Positions 14,077-27,742 of a DNA stretch of 64,000 nt are shown here, one piece after another. This DNA is from Octopus vulgaris (Eukaryota): assembly GCA_951406725.2 (NCBI GenBank), contig OX597824.1, positions 68,882,001-68,946,000 on the forward strand, in the 5' to 3' direction. The notes beneath the pieces were generated by a model. That model was not told the origin of the DNA and made no database searches. It worked only from the letters and a program-made list of their open reading frames with translations. The translations under genes were made by a program, and so were the position numbers. Position 1 is the stretch's first letter. Every line of letters begins with the position of its first letter.

Positions 14077-14643
14077 TGGGCACAAGGCTGGAAAATTTTT
14101 GAGAAGGGGGTCAGTCGATTAGATCGACCCCATTGCGCATCTGGTACTCAATTTATCGACCCCGAAAGGATGAAAGGCAAAGTCGACCTCGGCGGAATTT
14201 GAACTCAGAACGTAAAGACAGACGAAATACCTATTTCTTTACAACTCACAAGGGGCTAAACACAGAAAGGACAAAAAGGACAGACAAACAGATTAAGTCG
14301 ATTACATCGATCCCAGTGCGTAACTGGTACTTAATTTATCGACCCCGGAAGGATGACAGGCAAAGTCGACCTCGGCGGAATTTGAACCCAGAACGTAACG
14401 GCAGACGAAATACCTATTTCTATTTCTTTACTACCCACAGGAAGCTAAATACAGGGAGGACAAACAAGGACAGACAAACAGATTAAGTCGATTATATCGA
14501 CACCAGTAAGTAACTGGTACTTATTTAATCGACCCCGAAAGGATGAAAGGCAAAGTCGACCTCGGCGGAATTTGAACTCAGTTCGTAGCGGCAGACGAAA
14601 TACGGTTAAGCATTTCGCCCGGCGTGCTAACGTTTCTGCCAGC
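14077..14643 (-). mobile_element. SINE family A multimer
   Basis: Three cores with the same GAAATAG|GTATTTC junctions (14230/14231, 14413/14414). Confidence 0.88.
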
Positions 14644-14650
14644 ACGCACG

Positions 14651-14716
<66 letters not shown>

Positions 14717-14784
14717 AACACACACACCTACACACGTGTAGGCGCATAAACTAAAACGCATGCGCAAACACACCTATACACACG

Positions 14785-14816
<32 letters not shown>

Positions 14817-14944
14817 TATTTGTGTACATATACCCATGTGTATATACGCATATGCATATGTATATATATATGTATGTATATATGTATATGTGTGTATATT
14901 TATATATATACATACGTATGAATATATATATGTATATATGTATA

Positions 14945-15040
<96 letters not shown>

Positions 15041-15433
15041 GAGGAGACAAAGAGGCAGACAGAGAGAAATGGAGGGGGAAGCGAGGAAGAGAGGGAAGTG
15101 AGTGATATGTAACTGTGTCTATTTCTCAGCGAAAGTATGCGTATTTGTATGCATGCACATACAAACACCTGGGTTCTGATGAAAGATAACGATGTTACGG
15201 GATGCTATGTATCGCCATAAAACATATCAAGTGGATTTAGTTGACAGGGCTATGGTCATCTTTAAAGACAGGTAAGATAACAAAGGAAGTGAGTCGCTCT
15301 ATGTCGATCCCAAGCTGTGTAACAGACACACACAAACACAAACACACACATACACAAACACACACACACACACATGCATATGCATGCTTTCGAATTCTAT
15401 GTCTATCTTAGCAAATTTGGCAACATGTATCTC

Positions 15434-15505
<72 letters not shown>

Positions 15506-15715
15506 CCTGTCTGTCTGTCTGTCTCGGTGGCTAACTACCTATCACTATGTGCGTATGTATGTAAGAAGTCTTTGTGTTTAGTGTAAATTTCGAATGCGGT
15601 TGGGCATGTTTGTGTGATGTTTTATTTTATTTCATTTGTGTGTGTGTGTGTGTGTGATTTGGTATAGAGGAAGCTGCTGTGTCCATGGCCTTTGCAGGAA
15701 CTGTAACACTAAGGT

Positions 15716-15926
15716 TACAAGAAGGGGCTGAAAAGTTTCTGGCTTTAAGGGCATCATGAAAATCCTGGTTGGAGGCCCCATCTTCCGAGTTCTTTTACAA
15801 GAACTGAAGGACCACTGTAATGAGTGGGTGAATCCGAGAGGGGAATATGTTGAATACAATTATAATTAACTGATCCTCCTGTATTTTCTTTTACTCGAAA
15901 CCAGGAACTTTTCAGGATCCATCGTA
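15716..15926 (+). mobile_element. Internally deleted mariner element (MITE-like)
   Basis: Imperfect TIRs tacaagaaggggctgaaaagtttctggc / accaggaacttttcaggatccatcgta with TA ends; internal ELKDHCNEWVNPRGEYVE resembles the mariner transposase C-terminus (RWxKCVxxxGxYxE). Confidence 0.7.
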
Positions 15927-16239
15927 ACTGCTTTCCAATTGAATGGCTTATATTCAACGGCTATATGCAAATTATGGGCAGGTGTGACATTCCGGATGGC
16001 AGAAATTCCAAGGGAGCAACAAGCAGGAAATGATCTTAGTGGAACACCTGAGGACCTGAACACATTTTGAATGAGGAGAGGTGGAAAGATGAATTAATCG
16101 AATGAGTCTGAGACAGAAAGCATTAAACTACCTAATATGGTGGAGCAGTCGCAATTGTAGTAGAAGTAGGAAAAGCAGAAAAGCACATAGCGTATCCGCG
16201 GGTTAGACATTGGAGCGTGTCTATGTGTGACATTTGGTA

Positions 16240-16600
16240 ACAAATCTGGGGGTCTTTCTTTAGATGTAGTATTGGATACATGTGCAAGTATAGCAGCCGC
16301 ATTGCCTTAACTATAGGACCATTACTCAATGCTGGATCATACGTAAACATTATCGATGCTCAATATTTGATAAGTACGGAAAAATATTCTGGTCTTGAAG
16401 AGAATGCATTCGAGAAGAACGATCGTCGGTTATGATGAAGGCTAGCAATTGTGAATGTTATAGTAACAAGTTGTTCGTGTTTAGTCGGGTGAACTGTACG
16501 CAGTGCAAATAACGATTTCTGTTGATTGGCCGATATAAGCACTGATCAGCAAACAGTTTCATTTGCTGACATTTTAAACAAAGCCAGTGGTTTGTTTAGG
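16240..16600 (+). pseudogene. Possible highly decayed Tc1-like transposase fragment
   Basis: LNAGSYVNIIDAQYL...EKY...FEKND weakly resembles Tc1 'MNAxxYxxILxxxL...FQQDN'. Confidence 0.3.
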
Positions 16601-16842
16601 CTCAAAGGTCTGTGTGCTTCTGGCTAACGAGATACCAGTGTCTCAGAATCTCTTACGCACGACTGTGCCGAGTGTGTTATGAACACAGTCATCGTAAAAG
16701 ACAGTTGCTGTCATGTGACATACACAGCAGCGACTAGTATATTTTGTTTGAATTTGCCAGAACGTATTAAGAATAAATATGCAAAGGAAGGAGGCAAAGT
16801 AATGATTTCTTATTATATCTCGCAATATCTTATATCTCGCAA

Positions 16843-17364
16843 AAAGGTAGTGGGTAGCGATTTTATTCACTACTTCAGGGAGTGACGACCCTGCCTGACA
16901 CGAGTTACGGGCTCAGCTGGCTCCGGCTGACAGTACCCAGTATGGGCCCGTATCCAGGGTTATGGCAAGGAGACAACCTTCAAAGAAATCCGGAGTGGAG
17001 CCCCGTAGGCGGTTTAGTGTTCGACTCGACACTCTTCCGGCAGCTCCTGCAACCAAGCTGGTGCCAAACGTAATGCCCTGTACTCCTTTGGACTACGTCA
17101 GCAAGGTCGAGAGAGGAATCCTGACGATTGGGCTAACCAAGATTTTCTTACATCTAGCCCAGGCCTGTGCAAAACTGGAGAGGTCACTTCAGTGCTGCTG
17201 TAAAAAGTGGAAGCTACATCTGCATCACCTGCCAGAGGGAGTGTTTGTCGAGGATAGGACTACACATCCACAGCAGGAGATGTAAATGACTTGAAATGTA
17301 AAAACCAGACTGGATTAGTTTATGTGCAGCTCCATTGTCTCCCGAGACAAAAGGATGCCAACAA
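16843..17364 (+). mobile_element. Non-autonomous bipartite RTE element (5'UTR fused to 3' end) with TSD
   Basis: GC-rich RTE/BovB-like 5'UTR, then SYICITCQRECLSRIGLHIHSRRCK* (RTE terminal zinc finger) and 3'UTR; TATTATATCTCGCAAT at 16811-16826 and 17365-17380. Confidence 0.78.
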
Positions 17365-17382
17365 TATTATATCTCGCAATGA

Positions 17383-17578
17383 AGGCGGTGACCTGGCAGA
17401 ATCGTTAGCACGCTGGACGAAATGCTTAGCAGTATTTTGCCCATCCACTGAGGTCGACTTTGTCATTCATCCTTTCAGGGTCGATAAAATAAGTACCAGA
17501 TAAACACTGGGGATCGATGTAATCGACTAGCCCCTCCCTTCAAATTTCAGACCTTGTGCCTATAGTAGAAAGGATTAT
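17383..17578 (+). mobile_element. SINE family A (short-tail variant)
   Basis: ggcggtgacctggcagaatcgttag head and the family A core. Confidence 0.82.
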
Positions 17579-17599
17579 ATGTCGTGATATTTGGATCTT

Positions 17600-17850
17600 T
17601 GTGATGTTGAGGGTGGCGACATCAACATGACTCCATTGGACGATGTTTCTGAGGGTTCTGTTCATAGAGTCAGGGCATATTCGGCGCAAGGGATCTAGAG
17701 TGCATCTGGATGACGCTTGAGTGCAAGAGATTTGTGTTGCAGTGTTCCATTATTGGAAGTGATGGCACGTGGAAAGAACGTTGGAGGGAGATTGTGAAAA
17801 GCACTTCGCTCCAAACTGCCTAATTGAGTAAGACTAGAACTACACTGACA
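17600..17850 (+). mobile_element. Possible decayed RTE LINE 3' end
   Basis: ...KERWREIVKSTSLQTA* resembles the RTE C-terminal 'DRxxWRxxV' motif. Confidence 0.35.
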
Positions 17851-17887
17851 GAACGGTCTCCACAGTATACCCTACGTGATTAGGATC

Positions 17888-18450
17888 TTAAAGCGGTATG
17901 GTCCAATTTAAAGGTGAATAGACTGTTATTACTAGCAGATCGACGGACCGCATAAAGGCTTCCACATCTGTGCGATGTTTGTGGTTGTGGTACGATGTGA
18001 CGAAAGCGCAGTTAGGTAAGGGAGTCGACGTCAGTGGCAGCGGCAGTGATAACGTTGGGAGGGGCTGTGGTGGTGTTGTAAATGGTGTTGGAGGAGATGA
18101 TGGTGGTGTGAATGAACTGGGCCACTGAGGCCTGTGATGGTGGTTGTAATGGAGGCGGCGTTGCCGCAGCTGCTGCTGCTGCAATGAGGCGTCAAGAGTA
18201 ACGATGGACATTAGTGATGGTGGTGGTGGTGGTGATGGCGGTGGTGGTGGGATCTCGCCGAAGCAGGTGCTTCCTCCATTGTGTCATGCTGTTGTCAAAT
18301 TTATCAAAGATAATAACCTCTCAACTCTTTAAATACCACCATCAGCCTACTTCATGTACCACCCCCGCTCCTCCACGTACCGTCCCCCATCCGCTCCATC
18401 CCCCACCCGCTCTACGTACCACCGGGTTCTGCTGTCACGTGATTACTTGA
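17888..18450 (-). promoter_or_regulatory. Candidate GC-rich promoter/first exon with a Pro/Gln/His-rich 107-aa ORF
   Basis: Unique GC-rich sequence; E-box GTCACGTGAT ~18434-18443; G-runs on the minus strand 18362-18410; TATTTAAAG (minus) ~18327-18335; ATG-initiated ORF 18211-17888. Confidence 0.3.
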
Positions 18451-18772
18451 CCTCATAATCCGATCAACGCTCAAGCAAAACACATACTCATACAGATGCA
18501 TGCATACACACACACACGCGTGCGCGAGCAAGCGCACATACACACGAACATGCATACACACGCGCACGCGCAAATACCGCCCCCATACACACACACCCTC
18601 TTTCACATACGCATACACGAGCCAGTCACTCACACACACGCAAATGCGATACTTAGGCATACATTCTTTGATACATATATACGTATGTGCATGTGAGGAT
18701 GGGGTATGTGTGCAAACGAGCGTGTATTTGTGTATCTGTATATATATATATATATATATATTCGCATATAAC

Positions 18773-18851
<79 letters not shown>

Positions 18852-19074
18852 GTATATATAATATATTTAAGTAGATGAATGAATTATCCTATGTTTATCG
18901 TCAGCATGGAAAATTCGTTTAACCGAAACCTGGGTGGCAAATTCACGTCAGAAACACGTTGAAGCGACCTGTCAAGGGTAGAAACTCCGGGTTCATGTGC
19001 AGAAATGTGTGTGTTGTATATGAATAAATGAAAGAATGGAGTCGAACGAAGATGTTAACAAAATTCCTTTACTC

Positions 19075-19275
19075 TCGACATATGTTTCGAAGACAGCAAC
19101 TATTTGACGCCGAATACGAGTTTGATGTTGAATACATCCACGAATTTTCCGCTCAGATAGTTCTTCCCAAGACTGCAAGACGGCTTCGTGCAATTCATGC
19201 CTCGTTGTAGGGTTTTTCAGTTCAACTTTATCGGCCAAAACTTTGAAAATGCCTTCATCTAATGGATTCCACGTG
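19075..19275 (-). pseudogene. Tc1/mariner-superfamily transposase C-terminal fragment
   Basis: WNPLDEGIFKVLADKVELKNPTTRHELHEAVLQSWEELSERKIRGCI matches the 'LNPLD..W..L..KV....P.T..EL..A....W..L' pattern. Confidence 0.7.
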
Positions 19276-19556
19276 TAAACATGTGTTGAATAGAACTCAC
19301 TGAATAAATCTTAATTAACTGTATTGTTAATTGTATGCACCTGACATATGCTAACGTGTATGCAGCCAGACTTTTCACACAGCGGATAGTTTTTATTAAA
19401 GCTAAAAGATTCATTACAGGTTATTACTTCTAGTAAAAATTAAAAATAGCTCAAAATATTTTTTGCACTCTAAAATGTTCATTTTTAAAATTATAGGCTG
19501 ACTATAAAGGAAAAATGACAGAACTGTGAAATCTTGCATGCAATGCATAAAATTCA

Positions 19557-19785
19557 AATGTGTGTGCTTATGAGCGAAACACCTAAGCTCCACGCGGCTC
19601 CAGCAGAAGGTAATGGCGAACTTCTGCTGACTCTTTCGCCACAACTTTCTCTCACTCTTACTTCCTACATCTTGCAGTTCACCTGTAACGGACCGGCGTC
19701 CCGTCCAGGTGGGGAACCTATACGCCAAAGAAACCGGGAAACCGGCCCTTGTGAGCCAGGCGTGGCTCGAGAAGGAACAAAACAA
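19557..19785 (+). mobile_element. 5'-truncated SINE family D (V-domain-like)
   Basis: Matches 22455-22675; 'acctgtaacggaccggcgtcccgtccaggtgggg' resembles the V-SINE domain. Confidence 0.8.
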
Positions 19786-20955
19786 GCAAGACGTCAAATG
19801 TAATTAGTGCAACCGCAGAGATGGTAGCATCATCACTGCGATACCAGTTGCTGCGATACAGCCCTGTAGTAAAATGTTCATCATCACTGTGATGCCAATT
19901 ACTTCGATACAGCCCTGTATTTAAATTTTCATCGACACCGAAAGGATGGAAAGCAAAGAGGACATCGGTGGATATTGAACTCATAGCTCAGAAATGTCTT
20001 CTGATGCTCTGGCGACTTCGTCAATTCACCGTTTCAGGTTCAGTGGAGATTAAGCCGTTGCTCACTCCAGCCATCACATTTAAGCCGTCATGAAAACCAA
20101 ACTCCCAAGACTTTATTAGAATAACAGTCTGGGTTTACTGACTGCTCGATATTGGTTTTTAAAATTCATCCAGATTGAATAACGCTTATTGTTTAACAGC
20201 TTGAAAAATTAGACAAGGCAGATTCAAGTCCGAAATCTTCGTCCAAAAATACAACCCAAAACTGCACGAAGAGTAAGCTCATGACGCAAGCATAGTTATT
20301 TTAATAACCTAAAGAATCCAGCGCCTTCTCTCAGTGCGTGCAATATATAAATACATGGTGATTGCCTGCTCCTTGCAGAACTTTGCTCTTCTTGTACTTA
20401 TATTTGCTCATTCCTAGCGTGAGATCTTCAATAACTTTCCAACCCTGGAAGGGGTTTGAAGAGCTGATGACAAATAATACAGTAGTGTCTTATTTCAGCA
20501 TTCACTCAATTTTCCGCTCGTTTATTATGAATGTTCAAGTGTCGCTTCAATCCTCCACATGATCTGTAGGGGTTTTTTTATTTTTTGATAGATATTGCAT
20601 TGAAACTGGTGATCCAGAATCAGATTCTGATAGTTGATTTTTGCCTTATCGACATAGGCGAGTTGATACGATCTCATACCAGCGTGAGATATGCATACTT
20701 CTGCGCATAAAGAACGTTGAAAGAAGGAATATGAAATTTTCGCAACGCTATTGATAGTAATCTCATTTTAAAGAAATTTTCTTTTAATTTCAGAGTGCTT
20801 AACTCCGTCATGCTCAAAATCCTTAACACTACTCCAAATCGTAGCTCACCGCATGTAATTCAAAACTTTTGTATCATAATTTAAGGCATTTAAAATTTGA
20901 TTTTAAAGAACCTTAATATTTTTTCTTCGGCTCAGTTTTTTTCTCTTTCCGGGCA

Positions 20956-21125
20956 TACGTGGTGGTATCAAAAGGTTTCCGGACTATTAATGTTTAATGA
21001 ACAATGACTTATTTACCTAAGTCTTAACTTCATTTCTTTCGAAATAGTCACCTTATGCAGCAATACACAGGTCCTAGCGATCCTAACACTTTTGGAACCC
21101 TGCCCGGATGTCGTTCTCCGTAAGC
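20956..21125 (-). mobile_element. Mariner 3' end fragment
   Basis: TIR tacgtggtggtatcaaaaggtttccggact; minus-strand DR*DLCIAA*GDYFE matches the mariner C-terminus RWxxCIxxxGDYFE. Confidence 0.75.
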
Positions 21126-21187
21126 TCACTATAAAGTATTTGTTTGGGAATGCGCTAATCCTCTATACGGATGAGTGGGTCTGTCTA

Positions 21188-21353
21188 TCATAGTTGATTC
21201 CCAATAAGGCTGGATTGGACTGATATGATCCTAGCTTCAACAAGAACCTCAGTACCAGGAATGAGTGAGGACCAGATTATTCTGAGTATGTGATGGAGAT
21301 ATTTCTGGTGAAATCTTTCCAACATTTTTAGATGACACATGTATACTGCCCAT
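21188..21353 (-). pseudogene. RTE LINE ORF2 fragment
   Basis: WAVYMCHLKMLERFHQKYLHHILRIIWSSLIPGTEVLVEARIISVQSSLIGNQL matches RTE 'W.VY..H.K.LE.FHQRCLR.IL.I.W...IPN.EVL..A'. Confidence 0.82.
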
Positions 21354-22377
21354 AGATACACACATACATACATACATACATACATACATACATACATACA
21401 TACACACATACATACATACATACTTACATACTTACATACATACATACATACATGCATACATACATACATACATACATACATACATACATACATACATACA
21501 TACATACATACATACATACACACACATACATACATACATACATACATACATACATACATACATACATACATAGATGCATACATATATATATATACATACA
21601 TGCATACAGAGTTGCAGGACTAGCAGGTAATGCAGCAAAGTGTAACATCGATGCAGACTTTGGGGAGCTAACAATGAAGATATCACCTACATCAGTTGTC
21701 CATCACTGGAACTGTAAAAGCCTGTAAAATTTCCAGAAGTTTGTCATCTAAGTATATATGAGCATATCTAGATATATAACCATATGCATGAAAATACATA
21801 CATACATAAAAAACAAAACATACAAATCTGCACATATACATACAAAAATAGCCTGTTGATGTTCGAAATTCCGATGAAAGAGCCTTGGATCTAGGTTAGA
21901 AGCCGGTTCTTTCTCTATTGATAAGAAATCTTGAAATAAAATAGAATAATGACATGTATGCATATATACATACATACATACATACATACATACATACATA
22001 CATACATACATACATACATACATACATACATACGTATATATGAAATTAAACTGCACTGGTGGTAAGGGTCTAGATCTTGAGTTTTGGAGTTGTGGGGTGC
22101 ACGGAGTTACCCTTAATGACCATCATTGCCAGGTCTCTCAATGCCCCACCAACAGGTTAAATACATTTCCCAGGTGGTTGAGCAAGCTCCCGTTATTTTT
22201 GACAAAGCCTTGGGGAAAGCACTCTTCTAGGAGAAAAATATTTGGACAAAACTTGCAGTGAAAATAGTACCAGCCATCTTGAATATGCATTTAAATCTAA
22301 TGATGTATAAATGTCTCATTATCATTTCATTTCTTCATGCGTTTTGTATTTTATAAAGTCCTATGATTATGGAGTGG

Positions 22378-22675
22378 ACACACATGGCCTAGTGGTTAGA
22401 GCAGTGGACTCGCGGTCGCGGGATCACAGGTTCGAATCTCAGACCGGGCGACGCGTGTGTTTATGAGCGAAACACCTAAGCTCCGCACGGCTCCGGCTGA
22501 AGGAAATGGCGAACTTCTGCTGACTATTTCGCCACAATTTTCTCTCACTCTTTCCTCCTGCATCTTGCAGCTCACTTGCGATGGACCGGCTCCCGTCCAG
22601 GTGGGGAACCTATACGCCAAGGAAACCGGGAAATAGGCCTTTATGAGCCAGGCGGGGCTCGAGAAGGAACAAACC
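22378..22675 (+). mobile_element. tRNA-derived SINE family D, full length (V-domain-like)
   Basis: TGGCCTAGTGGTTAG A-box, GGTTCGAATCTC B-box, V-like 'tgcgatggaccggctcccgtccaggtgggg'. Confidence 0.88.
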
Positions 22676-23039
22676 TGATTTTGAATGTGTAGCGTGAAAA
22701 GTCAAGGATGGAAATGATGGAAATGGCTATCATCTGACCAGATGAGGCAATCATCATGTGTGTATGAACGTGCGTGTATACGTATATGTATATCTATGTA
22801 CAAACTATGGGGGTTAGTTCACAGGTGATGTAATGATTAGGTACGCTAGGTAAGTGCAGTAACGGATTACTAGGGCTCCAATGTTATATCCGAGATTTTA
22901 GCTATGGCGCCATTGCAGATATCCGATGCAGCGGATATATAATTGTTAAAGAGGACAACAAATATTAAGGCAAGGCAAGCATCTAAAATCGAGATATATA
23001 TATGTATATACATACATACATACATACATATATATATAT

Positions 23040-23197
23040 ATTTGTGCGTTTGTGCCTGTATTTGCCCCCACCCACCAACCATCACTTCACAACCGCTGTT
23101 GGTGTGTTTACGTCCCCGACTTCTACTCTAGCCTCGGGCCGACCAAAACCATGTGAGTAGATTTGGTACACGGAAACTGAAAGAAGCCAGTCATATG

Positions 23198-23243
<46 letters not shown>

Positions 23244-23475
23244 AGAGTGATTGTATGTGTGTGTCTTTGTGTTTGTGTTTGTTCCCCATCGCCTCTTGAC
23301 AACTGGTGTTGGTGTGTTTACGTCCCCGTAATATAGCGGTTCGGCAAAAAGAACTGATCGAATGAATACTTTTACAAAAGGGCTGAAAAATAAGTCCTGG
23401 GGTTGATTTGTTCGACCAAAACCTTTCAAGACGGTGCTCCAGCATGGCCGCAGTCAAAGAAAAGAATAAAAGAAT
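23040..23475 (+). mobile_element. Rearranged SINE family B (partial tandem duplication)
   Basis: The 'ggtgtgtttacgtcccc' segment occurs twice; family B 3' end with (AAAAGAAT) tail. Confidence 0.78.
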
Positions 23476-24309
23476 ATACCTGTATATTATACATACATAC
23501 ATACATACATACATACATACATACATACATACATACATACATACTACATACACGCGCACGCACACAGACACACGTGCTCTGTATATTCTGGTTCTTAGCC
23601 TTCTGATTTCAAATACCCTCATGACATACTTGTCTGGTTGTCTTAAGTCCATCGCACGGTTTAACACCACCGCCTGGTACCTTGGACAACTCTGGCAGAA
23701 TCCACTCTGCGACAGTTATTCGGACCAGACCTCCTGTTAGTGGGTAACTTTCTCCCTCTCATCGATTGCAGAGGCGCTGGCTTACAAGGTAATGACAAAA
23801 AGAACATACAGAAAAGAAAAAGTTCCTAAAACAGAACTGTATATCAAGCCAAGGTTACCCACCACCAGATGGATAGCGTCCTCAATACCAAGGTATTATC
23901 ATCGTTTACAGAATACAATCAATCATATGCTGTATGGAGAATTCTCTGATTATCATGAAACGATTTTCTCCGCAATCTATAAAATAACACATCATTGCAA
24001 CTGTACCTGAATGACGTGCTAGCAGGTTTTGCTATACTGGTTTTTTCAAGGACCTCTTCTTATTCAATATATAAACTCTGTATTGCGAATGAAATATAGA
24101 AGAAAGAATCCGTTTGTCATAACAAGACAAATGCATGATATATCTCATATAATGTAAATTGTTTTGTTAGATAATTAACTTGATTAGATTTAATATAAAT
24201 ATCATTACAGAGAAACGGTATCCAAGCAAATTCGTGGATTCATAGAATTTAGCTTTGTGAACAAAGGATAGAATAATCTTAGAAAAGTTACATTCGCACC
24301 CGCATGCTT

Positions 24310-24567
24310 GTATGCATGTATGTATGTATGTATGTATGTATGTATGTATGTATGTATGTATGTATGTATGTATGTATGTATGTATGTACGTACAAACTGT
24401 TGTATAAGTGTATGCACGTGTATAAGTGTTATTATATATGTGTATGATCATTTTCCACCCTATGAATGCATGAATCACTAATTTTTTCCATGTATGTATT
24501 TACTTATGTATGCATGCATACATGAATGTGTGAAGATGTGTATGCATGCGTATGTGGGCATGCATAT

Positions 24568-24639
<72 letters not shown>

Positions 24640-24773
24640 ATTTCTATGAATGCATTTATGCATGTTGATGTATATGTACGCACCTATGCAAGAACAATAT
24701 ACAGTATATAAATTTGTGTGTATGTGTATATGAATGTGTGTGTGCATGTATGCATGCATGTATGTATGTATGC

Positions 24774-24823
<50 letters not shown>

Positions 24824-25065
24824 TTACCAGAGTATTTTTCGCAACGAAACTATATCCTGACGTACATACAATAATACACACATACACACACATACATATA
24901 CATACATATTTACACATACACATACACATATATATGTATATATATAGAACTACATACACATATTTCATATATACTGACATGAATACGTGACCACATGCAT
25001 AAAACGACACATACATACATACATACATGCAAAGATAGATAGATATATCGAGAGACAAACAGACA

Positions 25066-25161
<96 letters not shown>

Positions 25162-25230
25162 TAGATAGGTAGATAGATACATACATACATACATACATAC
25201 ATACATACATACATACATAGATATAAAGAG

Positions 25231-25316
<86 letters not shown>

Positions 25317-25317
25317 G

Positions 25318-25348
<31 letters not shown>

Positions 25349-25984
25349 GTAGATAGATAGATAGACAGACAGATAGAGAGAGAGAGAGACAGATTGATCG
25401 ATTGATCGATCGATAGATAGATAGATAGATCGATAGATAGATAGATAGATACGTATGTACATCCATACATATATACATACACATGTATACATGTATCTTA
25501 AACACACACATACAGGTGTTTCAGTGGAGAGATTTATTAATTCAAAACGCAGTTTCTATGCATGTGTTTATTTGCTTGTGTGCATATGTGTGTGAATATG
25601 TGTGTGAATATGTGTGTATACAAGTGTGCGTATGAGACAGTAAAAGAAAGAAAGAAAGAAAGAAAGAACAAAAGCCAGAAAAACAGAAAGGAAGAAAGAA
25701 AGAAAAGAAGAGAGAGGGTGGGTGGGCTGGAGTTGTTTGCTATAATTATCAAATAAAATATATATTTTAAAGATATATGCCTGGATGCATGTGAGATATC
25801 AACGCAAGAATATTAATCAATTGCATGGGACATATTACGGAGAAGAAGGTAAAGGTTGTACTGGAAGCGGCGGTGGACTTGTCCATACACTCCCACCCCA
25901 TCCCAGCCCCCACACATATACACACATCTCATTATGTCCATCAGCACAAACATATACAGCATGACCGCACAAACTACTAAACAA

Positions 25985-26024
<40 letters not shown>

Positions 26025-26320
26025 ATATGTAGGCATGTATATGCATATATATGTATATATGTATGTAAATATGCATAATATATGTATATATATATATATA
26101 TATGCATCTGTGTATGCATGTATATATATATATATATATGTATATGTGTTTACGTATATCGTAACATGCTGATAATGCATAACCATAAAAATAATTTCTT
26201 TATATCACTATACATTCGCATACGTATGCACATGCGTACAGCATGAGTGTTTGTGTGTGTATGTGTGTGTGTGTGTGTGTGTCTGTAGGTTTGTATGGAA
26301 GTAGATATATCCATACACAT

Positions 26321-26417
<97 letters not shown>

Positions 26418-26583
26418 TGCATATATACATATATATATATATGTATGTATGTATATGTGCGGTTGTATGTTTACATATATACATACACACTTGAAAAGCA
26501 AATGAAAACCGTTCATGCACAGAAGAGAAATCAGTGATGTGTTATATCATGATTTATATGATTAAGATGAAGCTGATGATGAC

Positions 26584-26617
<34 letters not shown>

Positions 26618-26829
26618 GCGGCAATCATGATGATGATAATGATGATGATCATGATCATGATCATCATCATCGTCGTCGTCAACATCTTCATCATCAACAC
26701 CAACAACAACAACAACCAAAATACAATCACCATCATGAAGATAATGTAGGTGTGGATGTCCGGTGTGATCACGAGCAAGGCATATGCTTGTGTTTGTGTA
26801 TATATGTATATATACATATACATACATAG

Positions 26830-26879
<50 letters not shown>

Positions 26880-27149
26880 GAAAGCCTATGTGTATGCATG
26901 TGCATTTCTGTGTGAGTATTTCCATGTGTTTGTGTGTACATGTGTATAGAATATGCATAAATGGATAGATAGATAGATATATAGATAGATAGACAGACAT
27001 GAATGTGTGTAAGTGTATGTGTCTGGACGTCTGTGCATGTGTGAGTGCCACAGTGTTTGTGTGTATGTATACCTATGTATGTGCGTGTGTGTCTCTCTCT
27101 CCCTCTCTATATATATATTTTACACACACACAGATAGATAGATAGATAG

Positions 27150-27209
<60 letters not shown>

Positions 27210-27315
27210 CTGTTTCTATGGCTTTGTGTATAAAGATTATTAATAAATAGAAATATTAACATGTTCCTGTATAAATATACTAACTTATGTGAGTCTATAT
27301 GTATGTATATGTATG

Positions 27316-27374
<59 letters not shown>

Positions 27375-27694
27375 GTGTGTGTGTGTATATATATATATGT
27401 GCATGCTTACACATACACACATCGATATATATGTATATGGATATATATCCCTGTACTATCAGAGACAAGAGAGAGAGAGAGAGAGTGAGAGAGAGAGGGC
27501 GAATGGTGAGGGGGAGAAAGAGAGAGAGGAATGTGGAGGGGGTGAGGACAGGAAGAGAAGTGGGAGTTTAAATACATAGTTATAGTGAAATATAAATTTG
27601 AAAAATATCATTATCAGATGTATTTATACGTATGTATATCTATATCTATGTATAGCCATACGTACATATATACATAAACACATACATATATACC

Positions 27695-27742
<48 letters not shown>

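Noticed and set aside
17030-17145. Possible HDV-like ribozyme in the RTE 5'UTR (GGCTAA, cagc-tcc..gctg)
   Set aside because: Could not build the nested double pseudoknot (P1, P1.1, P2) by eye; left as a suggested computational check
22378-22450. tRNA-like sequence with A and B boxes (also heads of families A, B and C)
   Set aside because: Continues directly into SINE body sequence with no poly-T terminator; these are SINE heads, not tRNA genes
23580-23760. Possible RTE fragment (DLRQPDKYVMRVFEIRRLRTRI); similar weak hints at 13380-13530 and 43540-43690
   Set aside because: Similarity limited to a few residues; needs a profile search
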